A stretch of 64,000 bases of DNA from Paragordius varius (Eukaryota > Animalia > Nematomorpha). Location of the stretch: positions 930,001-994,000 of the forward strand of contig OZ176057.1 of the NCBI GenBank assembly GCA_964247055.1. Direction: 5' to 3'. Every line of letters begins with the position of its first letter. Within the stretch, counting starts at the first letter, position 1. This document shows positions 37,852-48,888 of this stretch, piece after piece. Under the pieces are notes generated by a model that was not told the origin of the DNA, ran no database searches, and saw only the letters and a list, made by a program, of their open reading frames with translations. Both the position numbers and the translations under genes were made by a program.

Positions 37852-40800
37852 CACCAATATATATATATATATATATATATATACCATTTACAATTCAAAT
37901 TCACCCTTAAACAATTCAAATTCACCCTCGAACAATTTTAATTTACCCTTGAACCAAATTCACTATCAAGAAAAATTATATGTTTTTTTTATTTTATATA
38001 ATTTTAAAACATAAAATTTTGTTTCCAATTAAAATAATACTGAAAAAATAATAAACTATGCCATAAAGATATATTTCATATTATATTAATAATCAGTTAT
38101 ATAAGTTCGTAAACACATAAAGGGTAAATTCGAATTGTTCGAGGGTAAATTTAAATTGTTCTAGGGTGAATTTGAATTGTTCGAGGGTGAATTTGAATTG
38201 TTCAAGGGTGAATTTGAACTGTAAATGGTATATATATTGTATATGTTTTGCATAGGAAAAACATTATGAAAACGAATTGGCCCTCGAATATTTAGCCAGA
38301 GATGAATCTAATTATTCCGAGAAGCAAAGCCTCCCCCCTTTGAATAATTCTTCACCACCATCATCATCTATATTCATAAGAGCCCAAAAATCAGAATTGT
38401 GGAATAAAGCTTGTTGGTTAAAATTAATCAAAGGTATACTGGCTGGTAATATATTTGATTGGGGTAGTCGGGATATTTTACCCCTTTTAATGGCTAAAAA
38501 AAATGGAATTGAAAATACCTTTAAAAATCCTGAGGAGAACAGTAAAAATGTTGACAAAATAAACCAAAATTCAGTTGTTTTAGATATTGAAAAATCTGAA
38601 AAAGATGAAATTGATATAAACAGCAGAATTGAACATCAATTAACGTTTGATGAGGCTTTGGAAAAAATACCGGGTATATTTTAATTTTATTTGTAGAATT
38701 AAATTTGAATTTGACAATATTTTTGGGGTTATTGTAGATTTTTTTTTAGAGTTTTACAGTAAATGACTTATATTTTTTTTAAAAGGCACATCCATACACA
38801 ATGTTTTTATTAAGTCTCTTCTTAGGAAATTACATTTGAGACCAAAAAAACAATTCATCTATTGAAATCAATTTCATGATTTATTTATTCCCTTATAATA
38901 TGGTATATGGAATCAAGAAAATTAATCAAACCAATATAAATACAAATATTTTAACCAATTTTTTCTGTATAATTTATAAGATATTAGATTTAAAATCGTT
39001 TTATTATTCAACAACTATATATATATATATATGTTAATATAATTTAAAATATTGATGACTTTTATAACCAATGATTTTACACCTTATGAAATATATAGTA
39101 TCCCTTATTTTATCAAAAAATTTATTATTTTTCATAAAATGGGTTAAATATCTGGTAAAGAATGGAAAAAACAAGACTTTTTTGATGAATATGATATATA
39201 GTTAATACCATAGAGCTCTTGTTTTTTCGTTAACAAATATTTATACCACCCATTAAACGAAAGAAAATAAATAAGTTTTTGATAAAATTAAGGATACCTG
39301 ACTGTTTTATATAATATAATATGTGTTAGATCGTCTCTGGTTAGATGATTGTGATGAATGGTTAGATAAATTATTACAATCAAAACCCAACAATAATAAT
39401 AATAATAAGTCAAATCCAAGAATTGAAAAAGTCGAACCCTATTATAAATGTGTTGCTATATTTGTAGACAATAGTGGAGCGGATATATTATTGGGTATTT
39501 TCCCATTTGTCCATGCCTTACTGCAATTGGGTTTAAAGGTTTTTTTTAAAAAAGTTTTTTTTTAGCTTTTTCTTTAACTTTTTTTGAAAATATATAGTAA
39601 GTAACTAAAGATTTTAATAGATGTGTTTTTATATCTTTTAATTTATTAATTGGCTAAAGAGTTATATTACATTTATGGGTATATATGAGATTTTTATTTT
39701 ACCTAGTTAGTTATATAATCAATTGAAATTGTAGAGTTTTATTGAAAGAAAATAAAATGCTAGGAATGATTTTAGGTTACTTATAAAAATATCAAAATCT
39801 GTTTTAGCCAATCAAAAACACGAAATGACCAATAATAATTCTCGTAATTGCCATTTAGTAAGGTTTTTTACCTGCAAAATTTGATTAAATTAAAGCAAAA
39901 ATACAGGCATTTCTTAATAACTCCAGATAAAATTTTATTGTGAAGAGCGAGAAATAAAAATGTTGACTATATTGTATACCATTTAGAATTTAAAACCCTT
40001 AAAATATTGATATTCACCCTTGAACAATTCAAATTTACCCTAAAAATAATTTGTTAAACAAATTTCATTTTTATTTAAGTAATTTTTTTAAAAAAACACT
40101 TGATTAATTTTAGGGTGAATTTAAATTGTTTGAGGGTGAATTCGAATTGTTTAAATGTGAATTTGAATTGTTCAAAGTGGAATTTAAACTGTAATTGATA
40201 TACAATAGCGTATGGTAATAAACGACGAACGGTTTAAGATCAACACTTTATCCCCTATGTGATACCACAAATACTTTAAATATGGGATAAACTTCTTTAT
40301 TACGTTACTGTATATACATTTTACACTTTTTTTAGCAATATACTTTTTTAATCACACATTAAAGTAAAAAGCAACAATATTATTTGTTATATGAATCTTT
40401 GAATTGCTTGAGGAAAATAAGTTGAACAATTATTAATTGTTTTTATTATATTCATTACTTTAATTGCCAAAAATGTGCTTATAAAACACAAAAAAACATA
40501 AAACTTGCACAAATAATGAATATTGATTACATTAACAAATTCAAAGGCTCATATAACCATTAATATTGTTGTTTTTTTACATAAATATTTATTAAACTCT
40601 CACTCATATTTTGAAATACTTTAACGTTTTCAAAAACTATTCTGAACCTTGTGTATAAATTTAAAAGAGAAATGATTGCTATAGAAATGATTTGGGAAAA
40701 AATCTAAAAAAACTTTACCGAAATTAAAACACTATCCTGAAAAAGGTTATACATATATAACCGAAAATTAGATTTGATTTAATTAATTTGCTATTTATTT

Positions 40801-41114
40801 TTTATAAATCATTTTACGCGTTTTTGCCATTTACTTTAACTTGGTTTATTAATGTGTGATTCCTTACTTGTTTAATTTACAATTGTTTTAATATATCTTA
40901 ATTTTAAAATTTGACCGCAACCTGTACTATTTAAGCTTGTTTAAATCTAATTAAAACCAAAACGCTAAAATCGAGGGCAATAAAAAATTACTTTTAACGC
41001 CGCATGCGGCATTTGGATCGCTGTTTAAGTGCCAAATATTATTTCTAAAAAAAGCGTTTAAATTTTTAAAACTATATATATGGTCTTTTAGTGTTTTTTT
41101 AAACAATATATATA

Positions 41115-41145
<31 letters not shown>

Positions 41146-44100
41146 CCTAACTATAAGATTTTAGGCTTTTTATATATTGAAAATATATCCTAAAATGACA
41201 ATAAATTATAATATCTTAAATTTTATAATTATTTTTTAAAATATTTTTAATTATCCTTAATTTTCAATTTTTGCCCAATTTCGATTTTCTCTCAATATTT
41301 TTTAAAAACTAGGTTGTCAACAAATAATAATTTTTGCGGCAAATGAATACGCTGGTCATAAGCTATCTCATGAAAAAAAATTTTTTCGTTAAATTAAAAT
41401 GACCCTCTTTTTTGCACACAGTATATATATACCATTTACAGTTCGAATTCACCCTTAAACAATTCAAATTAACCATCTTGAACAATTCAAATTAACCCTT
41501 GAACAATTCAAATTCACCCTAAAATAAATTATCTGTTTTTTAATTATATACTACCTATACTTTCTTATATTTTAAAAAAAAAAATTTTATCAAAATAATA
41601 CTGAATAAATAATAAACTTTGCCATAAAAATATATTTTATTTAATGATGAGTTATATTAGACCGAAATTTCATAATTTATTTTTAGGATGAATTTGAATT
41701 GTTCGAGGGTGAATTTGAATTGTTCAAGGGTGAATTTGAATTGTTCAAGGGTGAATTCGGTATATATATATAATATGTTTTAGTGTTTAATTTAAATAAT
41801 TTAATTAATTAGGTTATTTTATGTGCAAATTCAAAGCCCGCCTTTAATGATGTAACGTATCCAGAACTCAAAGTATTACTTAATAAAGTCACCCTTTTCA
41901 ATGAGGTTTTTCGAGATGGCGTTTTAAATCAGCAAATTATCTTGTTAGAGACGGGAAGTGCTTCACCTTGCTTAGATTTCATGTAAGTATTTTAAATATG
42001 CCATTTGCAATTCAAATTTACCCTTAAACAATTTAAATTCACCCTTGAACAATTCAGATTCACCCTTAAACAATTTAAATTCACCCTCTTGAACAAATTC
42101 AAATTCACCCTTAAACAATTTAAATTCATTCTTGAAAAATTTAATTTTATCCTCTTAAATTATATAAATTTACCCTTGAACAATTCAAATTCACCCTTGA
42201 ACAATTGAAATTTACCCTTGAACAATTTTAATTTACCCTTGAACAAATCAAATTTACCCTTGAACAAAAGAAATTCACCCTAAAAATATATTATGTGTTT
42301 TCGGGCAGCTAATATAACTCATCATTAAAGAAATGTATATTTTTATGGCATAGATTATTATTTTTTCAGTATATTGATTTTAAACGTAATTTTATTTTTT
42401 AAAAAATATAGGTAATTTTTAATCTTAAAAAACACATAATTCATTTTAGGGTGAAATTTAATTGTTTATATATGAATTGTTATTGTTCAAGAGGTTGAAT
42501 TTGAATGGTTAAAAATTAATAATTAAAAGTTTTTTGATTTTGAGTTAAAATTATTATTGCAAATGGAGCTATATTTTTTACTAAAATTTTTTAATTATTC
42601 ATGTCAAAATTTAATTAGATAAATTAACAGAAATGTTAATGGATGTTAAAATTAATTAAAAAATGTAAAATGATTGTAATTATTTAAAGAGTGATTCCTT
42701 GTCATTTAATTGTCTTTTCTTTAGTTTATTTAGTAAAACAAAGATCAAATTTTCAATATCAAATATCTGTTTTATTGAAATTGAATTAATTATCGATAGA
42801 ATAAAAAACTTTATATTTAAATGAATCCCAAACACAAATTCTATTTTGAAATGCCGAATCAATGATGAAATAAAAAAATTTTTTTTTAGTTTTTACATCA
42901 TCTCTTAACATGATTAAGGAATTGTTTTTTTTAAATAAAAGTATATATTTTTAGCTTTCTATGCTTTTTTTGTCTCGCTTTTTATTTTTTACGTCTCCTA
43001 TGCTAAAATATATAAAAATATGCACATTAATTTACATAACCCAAAAATTAAAATTGGTTGTCTTTTGAAATATGTGTTACCTTTTTTTTTCCATATATTA
43101 TAATTATATTAAAGTAAAAACTGAAATTATACAGACAAAGCACGTAATATAAAGACAAATATTTTTTTGTGTGAAAAGACAACCATACTTTTTCTAAGCT
43201 TAATTTTTGCTCTTAAAAATATTTATAATTGTGCTACAAATTTACATATTTATATTTTATATTTTGCGGTTTAAAACTATGAGTTAAATTTGAAATCAAG
43301 ATTAAAAAAATATGGTGGTTGTCTTTTAGTATAATATTTGTCTTTATATTTTTACGTTTTGTCCGTTTACTGTATGCCTATATATTTTGTTTTTTGTTTC
43401 AAAGCGAAATGACTAAAATTCGAATATGTCCATTAATCGTATGTTGTTTAAAAACTGGTTGTTTTTTGCAAAAAAGGTTTGTCTTTGCAATTAATATTTT
43501 TATATTTTGTAAAGGCGAATTAATACTGTGAAATATGTAAAAATGTGCATTACTAATTTACTTCTCTTAATTAAGAGATAATAAAGCTCAGAAAACATTG
43601 TTTTTTTTCCTTATATAATAATATAAATTTTAGTTTTCAATGCTTTTTTCGTCAATCGTATAATTCATTTTTTACTGTAATTACAACAACTGAAAAAAAT
43701 CAAACGTAAAAAAATTTTGACTCCTTTAACATAAAAAAACATAAATTTTTTTTAGTTTTTTTACTTTTTTTGTCCCCATATATTTCAAATTTCTAATTAT
43801 ATAAACTTTTTCTCAAAACAAGGCGAATCAATAATGAAATATATAAATATGTGCATTACCAATTTCCGTCTCTTAACTCAAAAAATTAACTGTTGTTCAG
43901 GGGTTGGTTGGTTGGTTGGTCTTTTGCAAAACATATTTGTCTGATAGTTTTCAATGCTTTTTTATGCCCCCCTTATAATTTCATTTGTTATTGTAATTAC
44001 AATAACTTTGAAAAACGGAAAATATAAAAATTTCGTTTAAACATATAGTATAAAAACTTTTTAGTATTTTTTATTTCAAATTTTTAATTATAAACTTTTA

Positions 44101-44347
44101 TCTCAAAACAAGGCGAATCAATGATGAAATTAATCAAGTGTTCAAGGGCTATGGCGTAGATCTTATTGTTCTTGAAGGTATGGGTCGAGGCTTACATACC
44201 AATTACAATACCCAATTCACTTGTGATACCTTAAAAATTGCCATTCTTAAGGATAAATGGTTCGCCCGAAAACTGGGTGGCCAAATTTTCTCCCCTATTT
44301 TCAAATTTACCCCGGCTTTTGATAATACTACTATGAAAAAGATCTGA
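11971..44347 (+). CDS. PANK4: Bifunctional type II pantothenate kinase / DUF89 phosphatase (PANK4-like), 17 coding exons, about 1331 aa
   Basis: Exons 11971-12049, 12076-12167, 15832-16046, 17819-18629, 19395-19487, 24296-24456, 25381-26015, 27488-27675, 28950-29031, 30735-30985, 32002-32157, 35373-35485, 36549-36636, 38256-38673, 39330-39538, 41813-41982, 44113-44347. All introns are GT-AG, all phases match, total 3996 nt, no internal stop. Motifs [85 protein letters not shown] and [10 protein letters not shown] occur in PANK4 order. Confidence 0.93.
12076..12167 (+). CDS. PANK4: PANK4 exon 2 ([10 protein letters not shown]...DGMAM)
   Basis: Completes the DIGGSLxK nucleotide-binding motif after a 26-nt intron; GTATGT donor at 12168 in phase 0. 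Confidence 0.82.
13960..15795. repeat. 21-bp satellite array (GGGTGAATTTGAATTGTTYAA)n, roughly 85 units, the expanded arm of a family A MITE
   Basis: Continuous degenerate 21-bp periodicity following a normal family A left arm and core. Confidence 0.92.
15832..16046 (+). CDS. PANK4: PANK4 exon 3 (LHFVKFET...ATGGGAYKY)
   Basis: CAG acceptor, GTAAGT donor at 16047, conserved PanK motifs. Confidence 0.92.
17819..18629 (+). CDS. PANK4: PANK4 exon 4 (EREDEMDCL...[15 protein letters not shown]) with about 207-aa insertion
   Basis: TAG acceptor completes the phase-2 codon from exon 3; open frame to GTAAGA donor at 18630; conserved motifs at both ends. Confidence 0.88.
19395..19487 (+). CDS. PANK4: PANK4 exon 5 ([31 protein letters not shown])
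   Basis: TAG acceptor, GTAATA donor, highly conserved motif. Confidence 0.93.
19526..22764 (-). mobile_element. Full-length RTE-clade non-LTR retrotransposon (APE endonuclease + RT) in PANK4 intron 5, antisense to the host gene
   Basis: TSD TAATAGCAAAATTAT at 19511-19525 and 22765-22779. APE motifs (ATWN, CVQETRW, YAPQ, GGDLN, IDII) and RT motifs ([32 protein letters not shown]). 3' tail is a short tandem repeat. One in-frame TGA (21314-21316) and one frameshift near 21200 split the single ORF. Confidence 0.95.
23270..24760 (+). repeat. Tandem degenerate duplications of both edges of PANK4 exon 6
   Basis: Acceptor-side copies start at about 23277, 23477, 23672, 23838, 23989, 24177; donor-side copies at about 24552-24600 and 24708-24760. 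Confidence 0.9.
24296..24456 (+). CDS. PANK4: PANK4 exon 6 ([27 protein letters not shown]...IASSFGK)
   Basis: The only complete copy among several tandem partial copies; TAG acceptor, GTAAAT donor at 24457. Confidence 0.9.
25381..26015 (+). CDS. PANK4: PANK4 exon 7, 211-aa Asn/Lys/Glu/Ser-rich insertion exon
   Basis: 635-nt open frame between TTTAG and GTTTT. It converts the phase-2 end of exon 6 to the phase-1 start of exon 8, which cannot be joined directly in frame. Confidence 0.75.
26990..28400 (+). repeat. Tandem duplications of both edges of PANK4 exon 8
   Basis: CATAG|GTCAAAGTTATCGCGAAGAAGATATAGC at 27004, 27166, 27340; CCATCAATTTTTGGTCAAAG|GT at about 27870, 28060, 28370. Confidence 0.9.
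27488..27675 (+). CDS. PANK4: PANK4 exon 8 ([18 protein letters not shown]...[10 protein letters not shown]...FWSK)
   Basis: TAG acceptor, GTCAG donor at 27676, conserved motifs. Confidence 0.92.
28950..29031 (+). CDS. PANK4: PANK4 exon 9 ([23 protein letters not shown])
   Basis: TAG acceptor, GTATAT donor, conserved motif. Confidence 0.92.
30735..30985 (+). CDS. PANK4: PANK4 exon 10 ([10 protein letters not shown] plus Asn-rich linker)
   Basis: TAG acceptor in phase 1, GTAAGT donor; matches PANK4 YSWGENY. Confidence 0.85.
32002..32157 (+). CDS. PANK4: PANK4 exon 11 (MDFLVFERF...PDTEDLT...RNYWL)
   Basis: TAG acceptor, GTAAAA donor; matches the PDTVDLT...RKYWL region. Confidence 0.88.
32200..33080. 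repeat. About four degenerate copies of a roughly 230-bp AT-rich unit in PANK4 intron 11
   Basis: Recurring ATAATTTTTATATA...AAAATGTGAAATTAAAATATTTA...TTGTTTTAGTGA. Confidence 0.65.
34518..35332. repeat. Second family A satellite array, roughly 39 units, including an 84-bp higher-order duplication
   Basis: Same unit; 4-unit block repeated near 34520-34690; intact GTAAATGG|TA end. Confidence 0.9.
35373..35485 (+). CDS. PANK4: PANK4 exon 12 (YAEQALSSQ...[10 protein letters not shown])
   Basis: TAG acceptor, GTAATT donor in phase 2. Confidence 0.85.
36549..36636 (+). CDS. PANK4: PANK4 exon 13 ([13 protein letters not shown]...FNDPYLK)
   Basis: TAG acceptor, GTAAGG donor; matches AYGTLTVRSLLDT...FPDPY. 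Confidence 0.9.
38256..38673 (+). CDS. PANK4: PANK4 exon 14 ([10 protein letters not shown]...[12 protein letters not shown]...FDEALEKIP)
   Basis: TAG acceptor, GTATAT donor; DUF89 AGNxFDWG motif. Confidence 0.9.
39330..39538 (+). CDS. PANK4: PANK4 exon 15 (RLWLDD...[17 protein letters not shown])
   Basis: TAG acceptor in phase 1, GT donor at 39539; DNSG metal-binding motif. Confidence 0.92.
41813..41982 (+). CDS. PANK4: PANK4 exon 16 ([15 protein letters not shown]...[10 protein letters not shown])
   Basis: TAG acceptor, GTAAGT donor; NDVT motif. Confidence 0.93.
44113..44347 (+). CDS. PANK4: PANK4 exon 17 ([17 protein letters not shown]...stop TGA)
   Basis: AAG acceptor in phase 2; EGMGR motif; TGA at 44345-44347. 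Confidence 0.92.
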
Positions 44348-46412
44348 TTTATTATATACCATTTACAATTCAATTTCACCCTTGAACCAAATTCAAATTC
44401 ACCCTTGAACCAAATTCAAATTCACCCTAAAAATAAATTTATATCTTTATGGCATATTTTATCATTTTTTCAGTATTGTTTTAATTTAAAAAATTTTTAT
44501 TTTTTGACAAATATATAAAATATAGGTAATTTTTTATCTCAAAAAACATATATTTTATTTGAGAGTGAATTCGAATTGTTCAAGGATGGATTTGAATTGT
44601 TCGAGGGTGAATTTGAATTGTAAATGGTATATAAGTCAAAGTAAATGGCAAAAACGCGTATAAATGGTTTATGGTTAATTTATTTAGCTAATATATAATG
44701 TTTTTGGTTATAATTGAATAACCTTTGTCATGATAAAAAATAAATTTAAAAAGAAATAAAAAAAAATGATAATATAGCGTTTAAAAAATCATTTATACAC
44801 GTTTTTGCCATTTACTTTCTTTAACTTGATTTATACATGCGTGGTAATTCCTTACTTTTTTATAATTCTGAGCAGTTTTGTTAAGCAATTATAAAGGAAG
44901 TGATTAATTTTTCTACACTATTCTTTGCATAAAGATGTGTGCAATCATGGAAATTAATAATATTGGTTATTTAGCCCTCTTTTTTAAAATCTATAATTCC
45001 ATAATGTTTTTTACATTCGTCCGTTGATCGAAAAAAAATGTGATCCATACAGTTTTTTATACATTTTATTACAGTAAAATCTGAAATTATACGGGCAAAA
45101 TGTAAAAATATAAAAACATATATTTTTTTCTAAAAGATAACCATACTTTTTAAACCTTATTACATATAAAATATCTACCTACCACTGTAAAATAAAAAAT
45201 TGATGGATTTACATCTGTATTAGATATATTTCCTATTAAAATAATGAGTTATATTGAAAATAATCAAAATTTAAAAAGTATGGTTGTCTTTTTTAAAAAA
45301 TATATTTGTCTGTATATTTTTAAGTTTCATCTGTATAATTATTATTTTCACTGTACAGTAAGCGAATTATAAAGATCTTCACAATTTTATACATTATATT
45401 TAAAATTTAATGTGCGCATTTTTATACGAAACTAATCTTTTATGATTCAAAATTATTTAACAATATATATATAAATATAAATTGATTAAATTTTTTATGA
45501 TTATTATTACATACAATAATCATGGCTGTAAATATTTAATTCATGTCTTCCACGCAATCATAATTTGAAATAAAGAGTTTCTGACATATCATAATACCAC
45601 CCATTCTTATATTACGGTCAAAATTAATATTATACGGACAAAATGTAACAATATAAAGACAAATATTTTTATTCAAAAGACAAATATACCTTTTTTAACC
45701 ATAATATATGCTATATAAAAAATTAATTACGATCGCAAACTACACCTTTTCTTTTTTATATTTTGCAGTAAAAAAACAATAAGTTATATTATAAAAAACA
45801 TCAAGATTCAAAAAATATGGTTGTCTTTTATAAAAAAAAATTTGTCTTTATGTTTTGACGTTTTGTCCGTATAATTTCAGTTTTTACTGTATTTCTTGCT
45901 ATGTATTGAATGTAATTTTGGCAATAACTAAAAAATGATATATATGGATATACGGTAATCTACAATATTTTAACACAACCTAAATTATTTTTATAGAAAA
46001 TTGTTTTATATATTTACGCATTAATTTAAAACTTTTGTGATTATAAGACTCTTTTAGAGAAAAAATAGCCGATTGACATAAAGACCTGAAAATATAAAAT
46101 TGAGATCAGGGGGTTTATATTAATATGATTGGCTAATTTTGAGATTTAATTATGTTTCCTCAGAATATACTCAAATACACTTATGGTTGTTCTAATATAC
46201 CTTTTTTAATCTATGTAAATTATTTTTTCCTATTACAGTAATAAATTATACGGACAGAACGTAAAAATATAAAAACTATTTTTTTGAAAAGATTAACATA
46301 CTTACCCCTTAATTTTTCCCTTATAAATTATTTTATTCCATAAAATTGTAAAATATATAATTGATTGTGTTACCTTCATACTTTGCAGTTTTAAACAGGC
46401 TAGTTTTATTTA

Positions 46413-47535
46413 ACTAGACAACAAATTTTAACTTTTTTTAACTGCCATTCTTGTAAATTTAAAATTTATTTCATTAAAGTACATAATTAGTATATCTGAA
46501 AAGAAAATTGGTCTAGCATGAAAGAATTTTTTTATATTGGAGTTTATCGATAATTTTTGGCCCCGATTTAACATTAAACTTGAAATTTCGAAAATTTAAA
46601 GTTTTAAATATGAAGCCATGTATTTTATATCATTCGAAAGAGCGCAAAAAACTGAATCTTTTAAATGGTAGTAAGTCATTTAAATCAATCGGATGTAAAA
46701 GTTATTTGGATTTAAATGGTCGAAATTTTCAATCCTTATATAAGTCTAGAATTTTCACAGACCAACTAATTTGAAAATCATAAAAATTATTTTAATATAA
46801 TTATTAGGGTTATATTAGTATTTAATTTAAAAAAAATGTTTGAAAAAGCTTTTGGTTTGCTTTTTAAATTAAAATTATTATTATCATAAATATTTTACCT
46901 CGTGGATACTAAAATGCATAGTTATAACTGTAAATTTATTACATAATGGCTATAAAAGATCAAAATTACCTTAAACTTTGTTTTTATTTTTAAAATTTCG
47001 AAATTATCAGCCTTGTAAAGAAAATAAATTAATATTGATGAGATGGTAATTTTTAAAAAACAAAAAACTTAAAAATGGCTGTTTTGAGTAACATAAAAGC
47101 AATAAAAAATGTTTTAATCAAAAAAAACTTTCTTGTGTTATCTTTTTTGGATATTCATCCTTCTCTAAATAAAGTTTGAGCTATTTTCATCCATTAGATT
47201 TAAAAATATAATAATTTAAAAAAATGCTCTCGCTTCGCGCGTTTGTCGCTCTTTGTGTCCAATATTAACTGTCGATGTAATACATATTAGTATGAATTTT
47301 ATAGAGTTTTTAATACTCTTTCGAATGATATATTACAAATGGGCATTACTTGTATATTTTCAAAGAAAAACATTTTTTAGTAAAATTTTGATAAAGAGGG
47401 CGCATAATCAAAAAAATCAAATTATACAAAATTCTTTCATCGAGTTATAATTTTTATTTCAGATTTACTGTTAGAATGATGCTAAATATCAGAAAATGCA
47501 AAAAACTCGAGTGGCAGAAAAATTTGTTGTCTAGT
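46413..47535. mobile_element. 1.1-kb non-autonomous TIR element (ACTAGACAACAAATTT ends) flanked by a 192-bp direct duplication
   Basis: TA|ACTAGACAACAAATTT ... AAATTTGTTGTCTAGT|TA; flanks 46221-46412 and 47536-47730 are identical except for a 3-bp indel. Confidence 0.8.
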
Positions 47536-47985
47536 TATTTTTTCCTATTACAGTAATAAATTATACGGACAGAACGTAAAAATATAAAAACTATTTTTTT
47601 GAAAAGATTAACATACTTACCCCTTAATTTTTCCCTTATAAATTATTTTATTCCATAAAATTGTAAAATATATAATTGATTGTGTTACCTTCATACTTTG
47701 CAGTTTTAAACAATAGGCTAGTTTTATTTAAATAAATTATGAAATGAAAAATATGATTGTCTTTTAGGGAAAAATACTTGTATTTATATTTTTACTTTTG
47801 TCCAGATAATTTCAATTTTTATTGAAACAAATAGATAATCATACATAGCCAAATATGGTTGTTTAACACACTTTATAAGCGATGATTGGTATCATTTAAA
47901 ATCATTCCAATATTTAAAACATTTACAATAATAAATTTTCATATTAGTCGAAACTAAAATTGTGGATAATACTGGATTTTTTTAG

Positions 47986-48888
47986 GCTTCCAAATTTAAT
48001 TATAAGGAAGAAATTTTTAATATAGAAGAGTTCTTATACTGTAATATGCCTGGTACGTAAAAAATGTTACCTTTTTATTGATTTTTTGGTTTCTTTAATA
48101 TGTATGTATTATACATTTAATATATATTACCATGTAAAATACTATTGATTATTTTTGAATTTTTCTACACCTCTTTTATACCTTATATTATATACAAAAA
48201 TGAACAATTTGCTCTTTGGTAATAAATATACGCTGAGAAAACCGCCACCACGGAGAGCACAAAAATCTAATTTTGATTCGAAACTTTACAGTTTTATCGA
48301 TCAAGATATTCCTGAGAATCAATTCCATTTCAAATTGGGGCCTCATTCTTTCTACCTTAAACGCCACAAATGGAGAGTAAATAGTATATTAAACCAATCA
48401 TTTTCATTTTTATATTCACAATAAAAATTGAAATTATACAGGCAAAATGTAAAAACCAAACGATAAATATTTTTTAACGAAAAAGCAACCATACTTTAGA
48501 AAATCTTGTTTTTGATATAAAAATATATATCTATTGTGTTACAAGCTATTCTCTATTTTGATACCCCAAACGATTTAAAAAAAATAGCTTTAAAAAATTT
48601 TTTAAAAAAACAATTGTCTTTTATTTTTCACATTTTTTCTGTAAAATTTTAATTTTTACTGTTAGTTTTTTTTAACTTGCCATACAAATTGGTCAATATT
48701 TATAAATAAAATTTTAGGTAAAAATGGGAAAAATTGTAGTGATGGTAATGTAACAGATAGAGACGATAGCATACAAAACGAATATGATCATTTAAAGATT
48801 GAAGTACTGTTAAATATGTTAACTCAACTCTCGGCTGAATATCAGATTTTGGAAAAGGAATATAATCAATTGATACAAAATTCTTAAA
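47986..48888 (+). CDS. Putative last two exons (47986-48052, 48719-48888) of an unidentified gene with a coiled-coil-like C-terminus
   Basis: TTTTAG/GTACGT and TTTTAG sites with matching phase give ASKFNYKEEIFNIEEFLYCNMPGKNGK...EYDHLKIEVLLNMLTQLSAEYQILEKEYNQLIQNS*. No homology recognised and no start exon found. Confidence 0.4.

Larger units (their letters stand above)
6390..39304. mobile_element. MITE family E (CAGTCATGTATCCTTT ends, near-complete foldback of about 240 bp), 3 copies
   Basis: Copies at about 6390-6629, 17175-17414 (complete, TA-flanked), about 39095-39304. Confidence 0.8.
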
